A stretch of DNA of 64,000 bases from the human T2T-CHM13v2.0 reference genome, Homo sapiens, in the NCBI RefSeq assembly GCF_009914755.1, contig NC_060932.1; one strand, written 5' to 3'. This document shows, piece after piece, positions 28,372 through 42,393 of this stretch (position 1 is the stretch's first letter; each line of letters starts with the position of its first letter). The notes beneath the pieces were generated by a model. The model worked only from the letters and a program-made list of their open reading frames with translations. It ran no database searches and was not told the DNA's origin. The position numbers were made by a program, and so were the translations under genes.

Positions 28372-28832
28372 TGTAACAGGACAAGCCATAGACAAAACCC
28401 CTCAGACACTGAGTTAAAGAAGGAAGGGCTTTATTCAGCCGGGAGGTTTCGCAAGACTCACGTCTGAAAAACCGAGCTCTCTGAGTGAGCAATTCCTGTC
28501 TCTCTTAAGGGCTTACAACTCTAGGGGTTCCACATGAGAGGGTAGTGATTGATTGAGCAAGCAGGGGGTACATGACTGGGGGCTGCATACACCGGTAATT
28601 AGAATGGAACAGAACAGGACAGGGATTTTCACAGTGCTTTTCCATACGATGTCTGTAATTTATAGATAACATAACCGATTAGGTCAGGGGTCCATCTTTA
28701 ACTACCAGGCCCAGGGCGTGGTGCTGCGCTGTATGTCTGTGGATTTCATTTCTGCCTTTTAGTTTTTACTTCTTCTTTCTTTGGAGGCAGAAATTGGGCA
28801 TAAGATAATATGAGGGGTGGTCTCCTCCCTTA
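28372..28832 (-). mobile_element. LTR2 (HERV-E/Harlequin) solo LTR nested in the MER57 provirus
   Basis: Minus strand reads TAAGGGAGGAGACCACCCCTCATATT...AATAAAGCCCTTCCTTCTTTAACTC...GTCCTGTTACA. TSD GTAC at 28368-28371 and 28833-28836. Confidence 0.92.
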
Positions 28833-29869
28833 GTACCTGGGGGAAGACATTTTCAGTGCATGTTTTCTGGTTGTATAAAAGCTTTCCCATGCACAAGGGC
28901 TGATGTTATAACAGTAGCTAAAAGATTATTCCTGGAGAAATAGCCAGAGATAGGATACTTATTTCACTGGACAAGTTATAAAACAGTTAAATAAGGTATT
29001 ATAGATACTATAGTACTGGGCAAAGCTAGAGGAACTGACTGAATTGTTTTGGTAAAAGGTATTGTAGATTAATGACAATCACATCCACTTCCAGTGTAAA
29101 ACATAAGTTGACACCTTTATTATGTCATTGAAAGGACTATCCCCCTAATAACACAGTCTCATGTATCTTCCACTAATAAACTCTGACATAACTAAATGCT
29201 GCAAAGCCTTAATGCACTATGTCAAGGTGTATTTTCACAAGGTAAAGAAAGCTTTACATGGTGATCTGACTGAGCACAATCTAGAACCTGAAGACTGAAT
29301 TTTCTGAGAACAACATCAGAGTTGTCCTTTGCCATCACATTGTAGCAAAACTTTGAGACCTTGAACCTTGGGTTCATGACCTCACAACTCAGAAGGTCCC
29401 CTCCACACTCTTATTGTATTCCCACTGGAAACCTTAAGGTTAAAGCTAACCAGGAAAATTTCTCCCCAGAAGAAGATAACACCATTGATGTGGGTAGCTT
29501 TTTCACCAGATCAAGAATCAAGACTTCTCTGCTATCATAAGACTCTTATCTTTCTATTTTTTTTCCTTGCTTATACTTCTATGAACAATAAAAGTGAAAA
29601 AGGAGATGGTTGTGTGGACTCATAGGGTATACTTTTATTTTGTGAAAGATATTGAAGCCAGCCTTATATACATAGACAACTTTATGCTTTGATAGATGGA
29701 AGATGAAGGGCCAGTGTAAGTGAGAAATGTTCATGGTACATTTGTTGTCTCACAATCAGTCAGAAACAGAACACAGATACCCTCCTCTTAACCTACATCA
29801 TAGGTTAAAGAGAACATTGCTGCCATCGGTTATGGAGAAAATTAATAGGAAGACTTCACTCTTCCAAAT

Positions 29870-30660
<791 letters not shown>

Positions 30661-31883
30661 ACGTTTGCATGCAGCCATCTGTAGAATGTCAAATGGCCTT
30701 TCTTCAACTGGAATGACAAAAACTCAAAGAAACATGTGATCATGAGAACATCGTAGCCTGTGAGTGATATGCTGAGACAGAAAACCCAAAATGATGGTAA
30801 CTGAGAGTGGTGATAAGGCCCTAAGTATTGGTCACATGCTCACCTAAGTGAGAACCTTACCAAAAAGGGAGAGGAGGTTTTTAAACAAAATTATGGGAGA
30901 TCATTGTTTTGGACTGAGCTCCTGCACCAGGCCCCAACAAACCAGACAAAAGCAAAATGGAGGCACTTATGCTAAAAGCAGCATAACCAAACTGAAACTT
31001 TAAGGAAGGAGATAGGTCCTAAAGTGACCATTTTCTCCCCCTGAGAACAGTAGATTCCAACAAAAGAAGGTTGCCCCTACTGTAACCCTCATGAACACAC
31101 AAAATTACTTGACATTTACGATGATGACAGAGTGACATTAATTCCTAAAGTTTTGGTCTATCTCCCAAAGTTGAGAGGATGACCAAAAGAGGGAAATTGC
31201 TAAATTAAGCTTAGCCCAAAGCTGCCTCCTTACATATTTTAAGTTTGGCCTAAAGATGTCTGGACATAGTGAACCTGACTTGAAGTGCAAACAGACTGTA
31301 ATCAACTCCTGTGTCAGCTGAGCCTCATAATCAGTTGGCCAATCAAAGGCAGCCAACTCTTCAAATTGGGTTCAAATAAGGCAAAGCCCAAGCTGTGACC
31401 AATTTGGCTGTTCCTGAACCTCACTTCTATTTTCCGTACATTGCTTCTCTTTTTCTGTCCATAAATCTTCTTCCACCACGTGGCTGTGCTGGAGTCTCTC
31501 TGAGCCTGCTCTGGCTCAGGAGGCTGCCCTTTGTCAAGTAAAGTCTGTTAAACTTAATTTGTCTAAGGTTTTTAACAATGTACACATCTGTATGTGTACA
31601 CACCTATACATGTATACAGACATAGAAGATACGTTTTACGTATTTATGTATATAATGCATATGCAAATAATGGGAAAAATAAATAAGGCTAATTTGAAGA
31701 GGGAAGCTCTAAATAACAGTAAATGAAGTAACTAAATTAAAGAAAGCCCTCTGTACAGTAGGACCTGACAGTGGGCAGTGCACAGGGAGAAGGAGCAGCA
31801 CAGGTGAAATGCAGCAGCTACTTTGTTACAGAGAGGACCAAGGGACTGAAAGAAATCTTCTTAAGCATAAAAAAATTCAAATA

Positions 31884-32190
31884 AACCGGGTGTGGTGGCT
31901 CACACCTGTAATCCCAGCACTTTGGGAGGCCAAGGCAGGCAGATCACAAGGTCAGGAGTTCAAGACCATCCTGGTCAACATGGTGAAACCCCTTCTCTAC
32001 TAAAAATACAAAAATTAGCTGGGTGTGGTGGTGGGCACCTGTAGTCCCAGCTACTTTGGAGGCTGAGGCAGGGGAATCGCTTAAACCTGGGAGGTGGAGG
32101 TTTCAATAAGCCGAGATCACACCACTGCACTCCAGCCTTGCGACAGAGCAAGACTCTTGTCTCAAAAAAAAAAAAAAAAAAAAAAAAAAA
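31884..32190 (+). mobile_element. Alu (AluSg/Sc-type)
   Basis: Full Alu with long poly(A); TSD aaaattcaaata / aaaattcatata. Confidence 0.94.
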
Positions 32191-32903
32191 TTCATATAAA
32201 AGGAAGCAAGCATGTTGCTGCTGGGTAAATGATGAAACCGTTTCAATTTAGTGGCAAGCCTGGGATGTTCACCCTCACCATTGTTAACACACAGCATTTG
32301 CAGAGAGCTCATACAGATTGATTAAAGGACAAAGACTATGAACACACAATGCACACAGCCAATCCCCAAAACCAAAAACCATGGAAAAAGCTGTTTAAAC
32401 ACACTAACAGAGAAATGAAAATTAAAATGAACTTGAGATAATTAAGTTTTTACTCACTGCACTATCAAAAAACCAAGGGCTATATTACCAATTGCTGGTG
32501 GGGAAATAAAGTGGGTATTAATATAATTGTTTGTGGAATCGTCATGTTTATCTTTTTAGAAATAAATCTGACAACACTTTTTTTCATTAAAAAGCCTATA
32601 TCCTGTACCTCAGCAACTTTACTTTGGGAATTCTATAAGAACCTAGCCTATGGACATATAAGCCCTGATATGCAAAGTATGGCTGCATGAATTTTGGTAT
32701 ATACAATCCTATCCATTAAATACTAAGCAATATTTTAAAGGAATTACTTATATAACAGATACATAGAATGACTTGAGGAAATTTATGAAAAAAAATGCAC
32801 GACAATGGATTTAGTTAAGGGCAAAAAGAAAAACAAAAACACCATGTTGTTTTAGAATAGTTTGAAGAGAAACTGAAATTCATGGGTTAAAAACTGTGGA
32901 TAG

Positions 32904-33218
32904 GGCCACAGGGTGCAGTGGCTCATGCCTGTAATCCCAGCATTCTGGGAGGCCGAGACGGGTGGATCACCTGAGGTCAGGAGTTTGAGACCAGCCTGAT
33001 CAACATGGAGAAACCACGTCTGTACTAAAAATACAAAAATTAGCCAGGTCTGATGGCGCAGGCCTGTAATCCCAGCTACTTGGGAGGCTGAGGCAGGAGA
33101 ATCATTTGAACCCGGGAGGGAGAGGTTGCAGTGAGCCAAGATCCAAGATCACGCCATTGCACTCCAGGCTGGGTAACGAGCAAAACTCCATCTCAAAACA
33201 AAACAAAACAAAACAAAA
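32904..33218 (+). mobile_element. Alu (AluSp-type) with (AAAAC)n tail
   Basis: aacatggagaaacc diagnostic motif; TSD aaaactgtggata / aaaatggtggata. Confidence 0.93.
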
Positions 33219-33775
33219 TGGTGGATAACAAAATTCTTCATCAAACATAATAAATGACACGAAAACTACAAACCAAGTCCTTAACACCCCAACTTTTTCC
33301 AGTTTGATCACCCATACAAACCCATAGCCTTACAGCTAAGTGACAGAAATCCCAGCTCCATTATTTAGATCTCATGCCTTCTACCTACAAAGAATAACAA
33401 GATATAATGATGTAAATCTTGACTGCATTTATATTATCACTGTTTAAACAGACTCAGAGTCCATTTCAATGTGTTTAGGAATTTAGGAGAAGAGTTTCTC
33501 CAGGATTTTAAAAAAATGTAGTTAAATTTGGAAGATGCTGGTATCAGTATTAACCAGTAAGCTATTATTCGTGGGAAACAAAAAATGAAAAAAAAAATAG
33601 CCCTGTTGAAAATAAAATTATTCTTTAAAAACAACATAAAGGGCTGAGGGTCAATTTAATCATACATTTCATTCTAACAAAATGAACCACTAGGACTGCT
33701 TGGAGTGGCCATTTACATCCCAAACGGAGGTCTCTATTTTACTCTAGGATAATGCCAGTTAAAACAATTAAATCC

Positions 33776-34089
<314 letters not shown>

Positions 34090-35577
34090 CATTTAAACAC
34101 CATCACTTATTTTAGTCTGAGAGTGAGATTAGCAAAGGAGAGGGAAGAAATCTATTAATACAACATGAATGAACACACAACAAAGACAAGTGTACTGAGT
34201 AGTGACATAGTTTCTAGGTCCTTTAATACACCTTCTCTGTTTGGGAAATTCGCAACTTCAGGTCTCAGGGATGGACTCAATGTAGTCAATACCAGCACTT
34301 CTCAACTGCCTTACTTAACTCAGACCATTAAAATGTATAACCTACCTGAAACTACGGAGCCACAGTCTAGAAACTAGTTCCTCAGAGATCTGAATGTTCC
34401 AGCAGGCCTCTAATCTACATAGAGCAATGTTTCTGTTAATTGGGAAGTGTAAGAAGCCCATCCCATAAGAAAGTGGTCCACTTTGGAGCAGTTACTAAAC
34501 ACCTTTTGTTAAGCCACTCATTTTAAACTGTCTTTTAATTTTTCTGAAAAATCCACGCTTGTTAGTCAGAAAGTACACGGAAAAATACACATGTATCCAT
34601 TTGTAATGGTTCTCATTACAAACATTACATTAGGATTGGAACTACATCAGGCATATTCATATCTTTAGGTAATTTTGCTACTGACATGACTTCTGAGCAT
34701 TTTTATAGTGCCATAAAAAAAAAAAACACTGTATGTTTGTATCCAGTTAAGGAGTAGATGTTTACTGCTGGCTTATTAATTTTCAGACATTTTTTAAAGA
34801 CACTCACAGAGAAAGAGTATTCTTATTATTGATTGGGACCACAGATCTTGATAAGAACGCTGCACAAACTCAAGACCCCAACCCTCCTCTGGTCTGTTAC
34901 ATCCTTGCATTGCATTTTCCATAACAAACATTGCCCACAGCAGATTCATTACCATTTAAATAACCAGAGGAGCCCTCCTCCGAGTCTTCAACATGGAACA
35001 ATGGCAATGGGGGGAGGGCAGCAGAGGAACTGCCCTTGGTGGGGGCCTGCTCACTGTCTCTGTGCCATGCACCTACCCTACACGTGCTACCAGGTGGCGG
35101 TGCGCACAGAGGAAAGAGCCGAGGCCTTCAGGTCAGCTGTGGGACCTTAGAAAATGGATTTAGTTTCCAGGAGCCTTATTTTCCTCATATGTAAATCAGG
35201 GATAATAACAACCACCTTGAAAGACTCAGGACAATTATATGAGCTAGGTGTTTCCCTGAATCACATATCACATGGGCAGAGGTGAGAAGAGCTAGAAATG
35301 GTATGTGTCAGTATGGGCACGCAGCCCTGGCCTCTACACGGAGCCATTGCTTCCTTGCAGGGCACTGCTCTGGTCATCACAGCCCACACCCTGCCATGCC
35401 ATCTATCTCTCCCTCTGCTCAGCAGGCCCTATGTCCCATCCCAGGGACATTGGAGAAGAAGCAAAGGAGTGTTACAAGTTGCCATTTATATGGTTTGTAT
35501 ATTGCTCTCTGCTCCTCCAACATTCTGAAGAGGGGGGACTATTTCATTATTCCTGGATCTAATCACTAAGAACTTGA

Positions 35578-35958
<381 letters not shown>

Positions 35959-36934
35959 AGTGTTCTATCACACTTCTAGCAGTGGCTTTCAATTTCCTCC
36001 CCTGACAACAAATCTCTAGTACTACTTAGGTACTGAGAATGATCATTTCAGTCCCAGAGAACATCAGAACTCCCAGGCCCATGGCCACTACACGGAGCAA
36101 GCATGAGGCTATGGTGGCCCTTGTGTCATTGGCGTCCAGAGGAACTGCAAATATCCTCCATGTGACAGACACCTGCTCACCTGTGAAGACGTCAGCATGT
36201 TCTGCTCCAGAATCATCAAGTCCTCAGTTCATCTCTAGGTTTCAACAAACAATACATCTTTTCTCTGGCCCTGGCTCCACCACTTACTCATCTTTGGACT
36301 TTGAGAAAGTCATCTAATATTTTTGAGCCACACTTTCATCAAAGGAGAAAGAAATCCACATTTCTAAAGGGATATTGTGAGCACAAAACAGATGCTTATA
36401 GAAGCACCTTAGGGAAAGTTTGGTTCGTAAACGGTGATGTTGTAGATATCACCAATTCTGTTGTGTCATTAGGGAAAGTTTTTCCTGACTCTATCAAAAT
36501 TTCCTTGTACTTCCAATGAGCACTACTGCAACATCTTATGAAGAATGGATAGCCTAAGTTAGCCAAGTCACTATAAACTTTCATTTCTCTTTTGTTAGAT
36601 GAACCCCAAGAAGTAGATATAGTCAGTACCAAGTGATTGGCATTTGATCTTTGGTGCAGAAATCTGAAATGCAGTAAGAAGGCAGAGGCCAGTTTTGCCA
36701 GCAAGAGTCCCCATTCTAACAAGGTTAGTGTGGAATGGAAGAGGATGGGCAGGTTGGGAGCCTTTTTCCTGGTGTCCACCCCTTCATCATCTGTCAGATT
36801 TCCAAAAGGAAAGTTCTGTGTTGTTGGCTTTTTGCGTATCTTTCTTTAAATCGCATAATCTTTACCACTGAAAACAATTCAAGCATGAGAACATGCACAT
36901 CAATCCAGATCGTGCTCATTGCATTATTACTGAC

Positions 36935-37143
36935 CTGCACAGCAGTCTTGCCACACTCGCAGGTCCACCTTCGGGATCTCGCTGCAGTTCAGGTAATCCT
37001 GTGGGTATTCTGCCTTTACAAAGACATCAGCCTGCACTTGCTGAATGCTGTCACCATTGTCACAAAGCACCCGGCTCAGGGACGCCTGCTTCAGCTGAGT
37101 GAGTTGTGCCGGGGTAAATACTCCAGGGTTTTCATACCAGAAC
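36935..37143 (-). CDS. PXDNL: Peroxidasin-like coding exon, 209 bp (probably exon 19), end of the peroxidase domain
   Basis: Translates [69 protein letters not shown]. Acceptor ctaccAG|G, donor CAG|GTcagt. The split codon AG+G completes RDGDRFWYEN. Confidence 0.97.
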
Positions 37144-37371
37144 CTGGTAGTCAACCAAAAAAAAAACATTGTCGTGGGTCTGTGGCCTGAGAACTCAGCT
37201 GCATGTCAAACAGCCACAATGCACCAAGAAGAGCTCAACATAAAAGACGCATACTGAAAGAATTATGCTTGTTCTCCAACTGAGTATCCTTTTAATTCTC
37301 TCCAATATTTACAACATTCTTAAATCACATTCTTCTGAACTATCACTTTCTACTCAAGCTCTACAAAATGA

Positions 37372-37746
<375 letters not shown>

Positions 37747-38094
37747 CTATTGTTGCATTTAAATTCCATGAACTAACCTTAGAAACTGTCTGAGCAATGT
37801 AACATTAACACGTTTGCCTAAAAAGAAAATAGCACTTTTGATAATTAATATATACTATTTGGTTATATCCATCAACTAACTAGAATAAGCACATTCAATT
37901 TTAAATGAAAGGATACAATCAATTTTAAATGAAAGAACTATTAAAGTCAATCTTTGGGTACATTCAGCAAAGTCAATCCTTGGGTTCATTCATTCAGTAA
38001 ATATTTGAATATCACATGCCAAGCACTTTTTTGTGCTGAGTATAGAGCAGGAAATTAAGATGGTAGGCAAAAAGACTTCTTGCCACTATCTTGA

Positions 38095-38475
38095 TGTTAT
38101 GGACTGAGCTGTGTCCCCCTAAAATGTATATGTTGAAGTCCTATGCCCCAGTACCTTCGAAGGTGACTCTATTTGGAGACAGGGCCTTTACATAGGTATT
38201 TAAGGTAAAAATAGATCACGTGTGTGAGCCCTAACCCAGTATGTCTGGTGTCCTTATAAGAAAAGGAAATGTGGACATAGATAACAGAGGGAAGACCACG
38301 TGAAGACACAGGGAGAAGATGCCACATACAAGCCAGAAGAGACGCCCCAGTAGGAATCAACCCTGCTGATGCCTTGATCAGCATCTAACCTCCAGAATTG
38401 TAAGAATAACAAATTTCTGTTGTCTAAGCTATCCAAGCTATGGGACTTTGTTACAACAGCCTGGCAAACTAATAT
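38095..38475 (+). mobile_element. MLT1B-like MaLR LTR
   Basis: tgttatggactgagctgtgtcccc...atatgttgaagtcct...tttgttacaacagcc..aaactaata. Confidence 0.85.
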
Positions 38476-39658
38476 ATATGGGGAAGACAGCTTAACCCCC
38501 AAACTGAAGGTTTTTCAATTATTTTCAGTCTTTGACTACATATATTTTTAAACTATTGCCAATTGAGCACATTAACCCAATTATGTGAGTCAAGAAATTC
38601 AGTGTTAAAAATGATTTTAAAAAATTAATGAAATATACTATTAATTGTTACCAATGTGCAATAAAGGGAATTAAATCCTTTGCTACTTTCTCTATAATTT
38701 GTAAAGGGAAGGGATTTAAAGTAAAGAATAATTTTTATTGTAACTTTAATTAAAAACTAAGCTCTGGGCTTTGTTTCAAGTCTTATATACATCATCTCTG
38801 AAATAATACAAAAGGTTATATTGTCAAACAGATTCACAAGATTCCTAGATCTTACTCAACACTAAGCTTCACTAATGATTCAGAAGATACCATGCCCTGG
38901 AACATACTTGATTCCAAGCAATAGAAGAGCACATGTCCACTCAGGAGAGGCTGCTTAGGTTTGTATTTCTTGGTTTTTATTCTTGGTTAGTCTTGGAACA
39001 GTAAACAGATTACATGACTAACTTACATTCTCCAGCCTGCTGTTTCCCATTATTTCATGATTAAATTTATTTACAATGAACATTTTAGACAAACCAAGAA
39101 ATTTTAGAGAAGAGTTCCCAGTTATCTTTCCACTCGTAAATGCCCTCATAATGTAATTTTACAAGGAGATCTGGTCTAGGGTCATCAGGTCTTCCTCCAT
39201 GAGAATGAAGGGAGGGAATCTCAAGGCTGCTACCAGTTCCTTCCTTCTCAACATCATTGAAGGCTGCAGACGTCCTATGGAATAGGTACAATTGTTACTC
39301 ACACTTTACAGATGAGGAACCTGGTTCTGAGTGATACATGTCTAAAGTTAAACAGCTGTAAGTGGTGAGACTCAGATTTAAGCACAACGTAGTCCATCTA
39401 GCCTTCATCCTCTCAATCGCCAACTTCTATTGCCTTTTGAGAAATTCTGTTTCTTCTCTTCTTACAAAGATTTACAAAAATAAATGTTATCTGATAATAT
39501 TGGTGGTTACAAAAGTTCTGTCACCTAATGCTATCTGATATTTATTATACTCAATATGCATTAAATCATAAAAATATGAATCACAATGTTAAACATATAC
39601 ATTTTGGGTCAAAAACAACTTTTGTGATATTTAATAAGTATAACAGATAATCATTCAC

Positions 39659-39793
39659 CTATCTCCATCTCTTAGCCGCTGAAACTGGGTAACAAACAGG
39701 CACATAAGTGTTGGTCCCACTCTTGTACCAGGAATCAGGTCTTCAACCATAAGGGCGGGCCAGAGGTCAATGTCACCTGGAGAGCCGTACAAC
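39659..39793 (-). CDS. PXDNL: Peroxidasin-like coding exon, 135 bp (probably exon 18), C-terminal part of the animal haem peroxidase domain
   Basis: Translates [45 protein letters not shown], which contains the peroxidase R.GDR motif. Acceptor tgtctctgttccAG|G, donor AG|GTgaat. Phase matches the next exon. Confidence 0.96.
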
Positions 39794-40831
39794 CTGGAAC
39801 AGAGACAGGCAGACAGCGCACACCTGAGACTGAAAGTGGAATTGAAAATATTCCTTATGTGAATGACCACCAAGCATTATTTTATCCACACAAAAAAAGA
39901 AAAGTAGATATGATTACTGTATTCTCATTTCATGGGGGAAAGCACTCAAATGAAGGAACCCTCAGGGATCACCCCATAGGCAGGAGGCAGAGTCATAACC
40001 TAACCAAGGACATATGACACCAAGCCTCATGCAATGTCCCCTGTGCAATTCTTTATAATTATTCTCTAAACATATGGAGTATAACTGTATATATATATAT
40101 ATGCAAGTGTGTGTGTGTTATGTCATGTATAAATGCAACTAGCTAATTCCTTCAGAAATACATAGAAAATTAACAATTCAGCATTGAGAAATGTCCACAT
40201 CAGTGTATATGCTAGGTATGCTAAAAAGTCAATAGAAAATCATAATTTGCGGAGATGGTAAGATAAAAAGTGTTAGGTAAGTTTTCTCTTGATAAAAAGG
40301 CAATAAGTATTTGACCTAAGATTTGAAGCAATTTTTAAAAACAACAAACAAACAAAAAAGCACAATGCAAATGTTGATTATAAGCCAACAGCCTTGGCTC
40401 ACCACTCAGAGAAAGAAAATATGTCCATATGCTTGACACTCCCAGTAGGAGCCACTCTGATTGTTTTTTTCTCTCTACTCTAATGATAAACGTGACATCA
40501 ACTTAACTTGTCCCTTGTTTTATTTTGTTTCATACATATGATTCTCTAAACTACAAATAGTTTAGTTTGCATGTTTTAACCTTGTCACAAATGGAAATAT
40601 AGTATTCATACTTCCTTTTTCTCACTCAACAGTTTACTTGGCGATGCAATTGTGTGGTTGCATATATTTGTACTTTCTTCATTTTCTCTGCTGTATAGTA
40701 AACAGTCTATTATTGGAAACCATTCCAATTTAGTTTAGTTACACTGGTGATGAATACTTGTGAGGTTTTCAACTTTTACACTATGAACATTCTCTACATG
40801 TTTCTTCATATGCACAAGAGTTTCTCTAGAC

Positions 40832-41055
40832 TAGGCGTCAGCAAATTTTTACCATAAAGGGCCAGAGAGCCAGTATTTTCAGCTTTGTGGGACAACTGTG
40901 GGTTCTGTTGCAACTACCCAACTCCTGTTTTGCATAAAAGCAGCCATAGACAACATATAAACAAACAGACATAGTTGTGTTCCAATAAAACTTTATTTAC
41001 AAAATTAGAAAAGTAGGTCAGATTTGGCCACTTGGCTGTGGTTTGCAGATCCCTG
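40832..41055 (+). mobile_element. MER58A hAT MITE
   Basis: gtcagcaaat..taaagggccaga...ccaataaaactttatttacaaaa...gtttgcagatccctg, with 8-bp TSD ctctagac / ctctagat. Confidence 0.88.
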
Positions 41056-41296
41056 CTCTAGATTACGTTGTGCAAGAGCTAGAATTCTGAGGGCAGAGTA
41101 TAGTATCTTCAATTTTAATAGTTAATGCCAAACTGCTATATGAAATTGATGTATGATTCATATTCCCATAATGAGTACACGGAATTACTCTATGATAGAT
41201 ATCCATATGTATATCTTCAATGTTAAAAGACAATGCCAAACTGCTATCCAAAATGGATGTACAATTCATACATCCACAAGAAGCATATCAAAATTC

Positions 41297-41339
41297 TCAA
41301 TGTCACCTGGAGAGCTGTACAGCCTGGAACAGACAGGCA
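41297..41339 (-). repeat. 43-bp copy of the PXDNL intron/exon junction at 39767-39811
   Basis: tcaatgtcacctggagagc[t/c]gtaca[g/a]cctggaacaga[--/ga]caggca; two substitutions and one 2-nt gap relative to the original. Confidence 0.93.
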
Positions 41340-41750
41340 TATTATTCCTCGACACATTGTAACTTATTCCATTTTACTTTATTTTGTTAGTCAACTCTCA
41401 TCACTGCTGCCCTTCCCCACTTTCTCCTTCTTGGTTTCTGATAATAGATGGACTTTTTAGATTTCCAAGTGCCTGCTTGAATGTTTGAGTGCTGTTTAAT
41501 TCTGGTTTGAATGTTGTGTTATTGTTTCCTCCTGTTTCAATTCTTTTTCTGAGAGATTTTTCCTCTGAAATGTTTTGATTTGCATTTCTGTTTTCTTGTT
41601 ACATAGCTTTATTTGAAATACATCTCTCTCTCTCTCTTAATTCCTATGCATTTCACGAAACGAATTTCTGGTTGGGTAGCATACTCTTCTTTCACTACAG
41701 GGAAGTGCAGTCTTTTTGATGTCTGTTCTGGTGGTGATGGGGAGAAGTGA

Positions 41751-42078
<328 letters not shown>

Positions 42079-42164
42079 TTGTTTCTCTTTAAGTGCTAGA
42101 GCATCCTTAATTTCATTTCATTCTGCTTTAATGTCACCATCAAATCTGAAGTGGCACTCTACCC

Positions 42165-42167
<3 letters not shown>

Positions 42168-42209
<42 letters not shown>
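42168..42209. repeat. (CA)n microsatellite
   Basis: About 20 perfect CA units. Confidence 0.97.
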
Positions 42210-42212
<3 letters not shown>

Positions 42213-42393
42213 GCCAAAGCCATTTCTGGACACTCTCAGATTTGTAAATGGTGTTGATAACTTCCAGGTTTCCAGAATTTCACTTGACAACTTAGTACTT
42301 GGTGCTGGAGTTTTTCCTTCTAGGGGATTTTTTTTTTCTTTTTAAGAGACAGGGTCTCACTTTCTCGCCCATGCTGGACTGCAGTGGTGCAAT

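Larger units (their letters stand above)
40560..41400 (-). mobile_element. Old L1M fragments, interrupted by MER58A and by a copied exon junction
   Basis: aatggaaatatagtatt, tttctcactcaaca, ctatgaacattctctacatgt and aatgccaaactg are typical antisense L1M/ME. Confidence 0.6.

Noticed and set aside
36735-37190. 151-aa plus-strand ORF overlapping the 209-bp exon
   Set aside because: Antisense shadow of a coding exon with no independent support.
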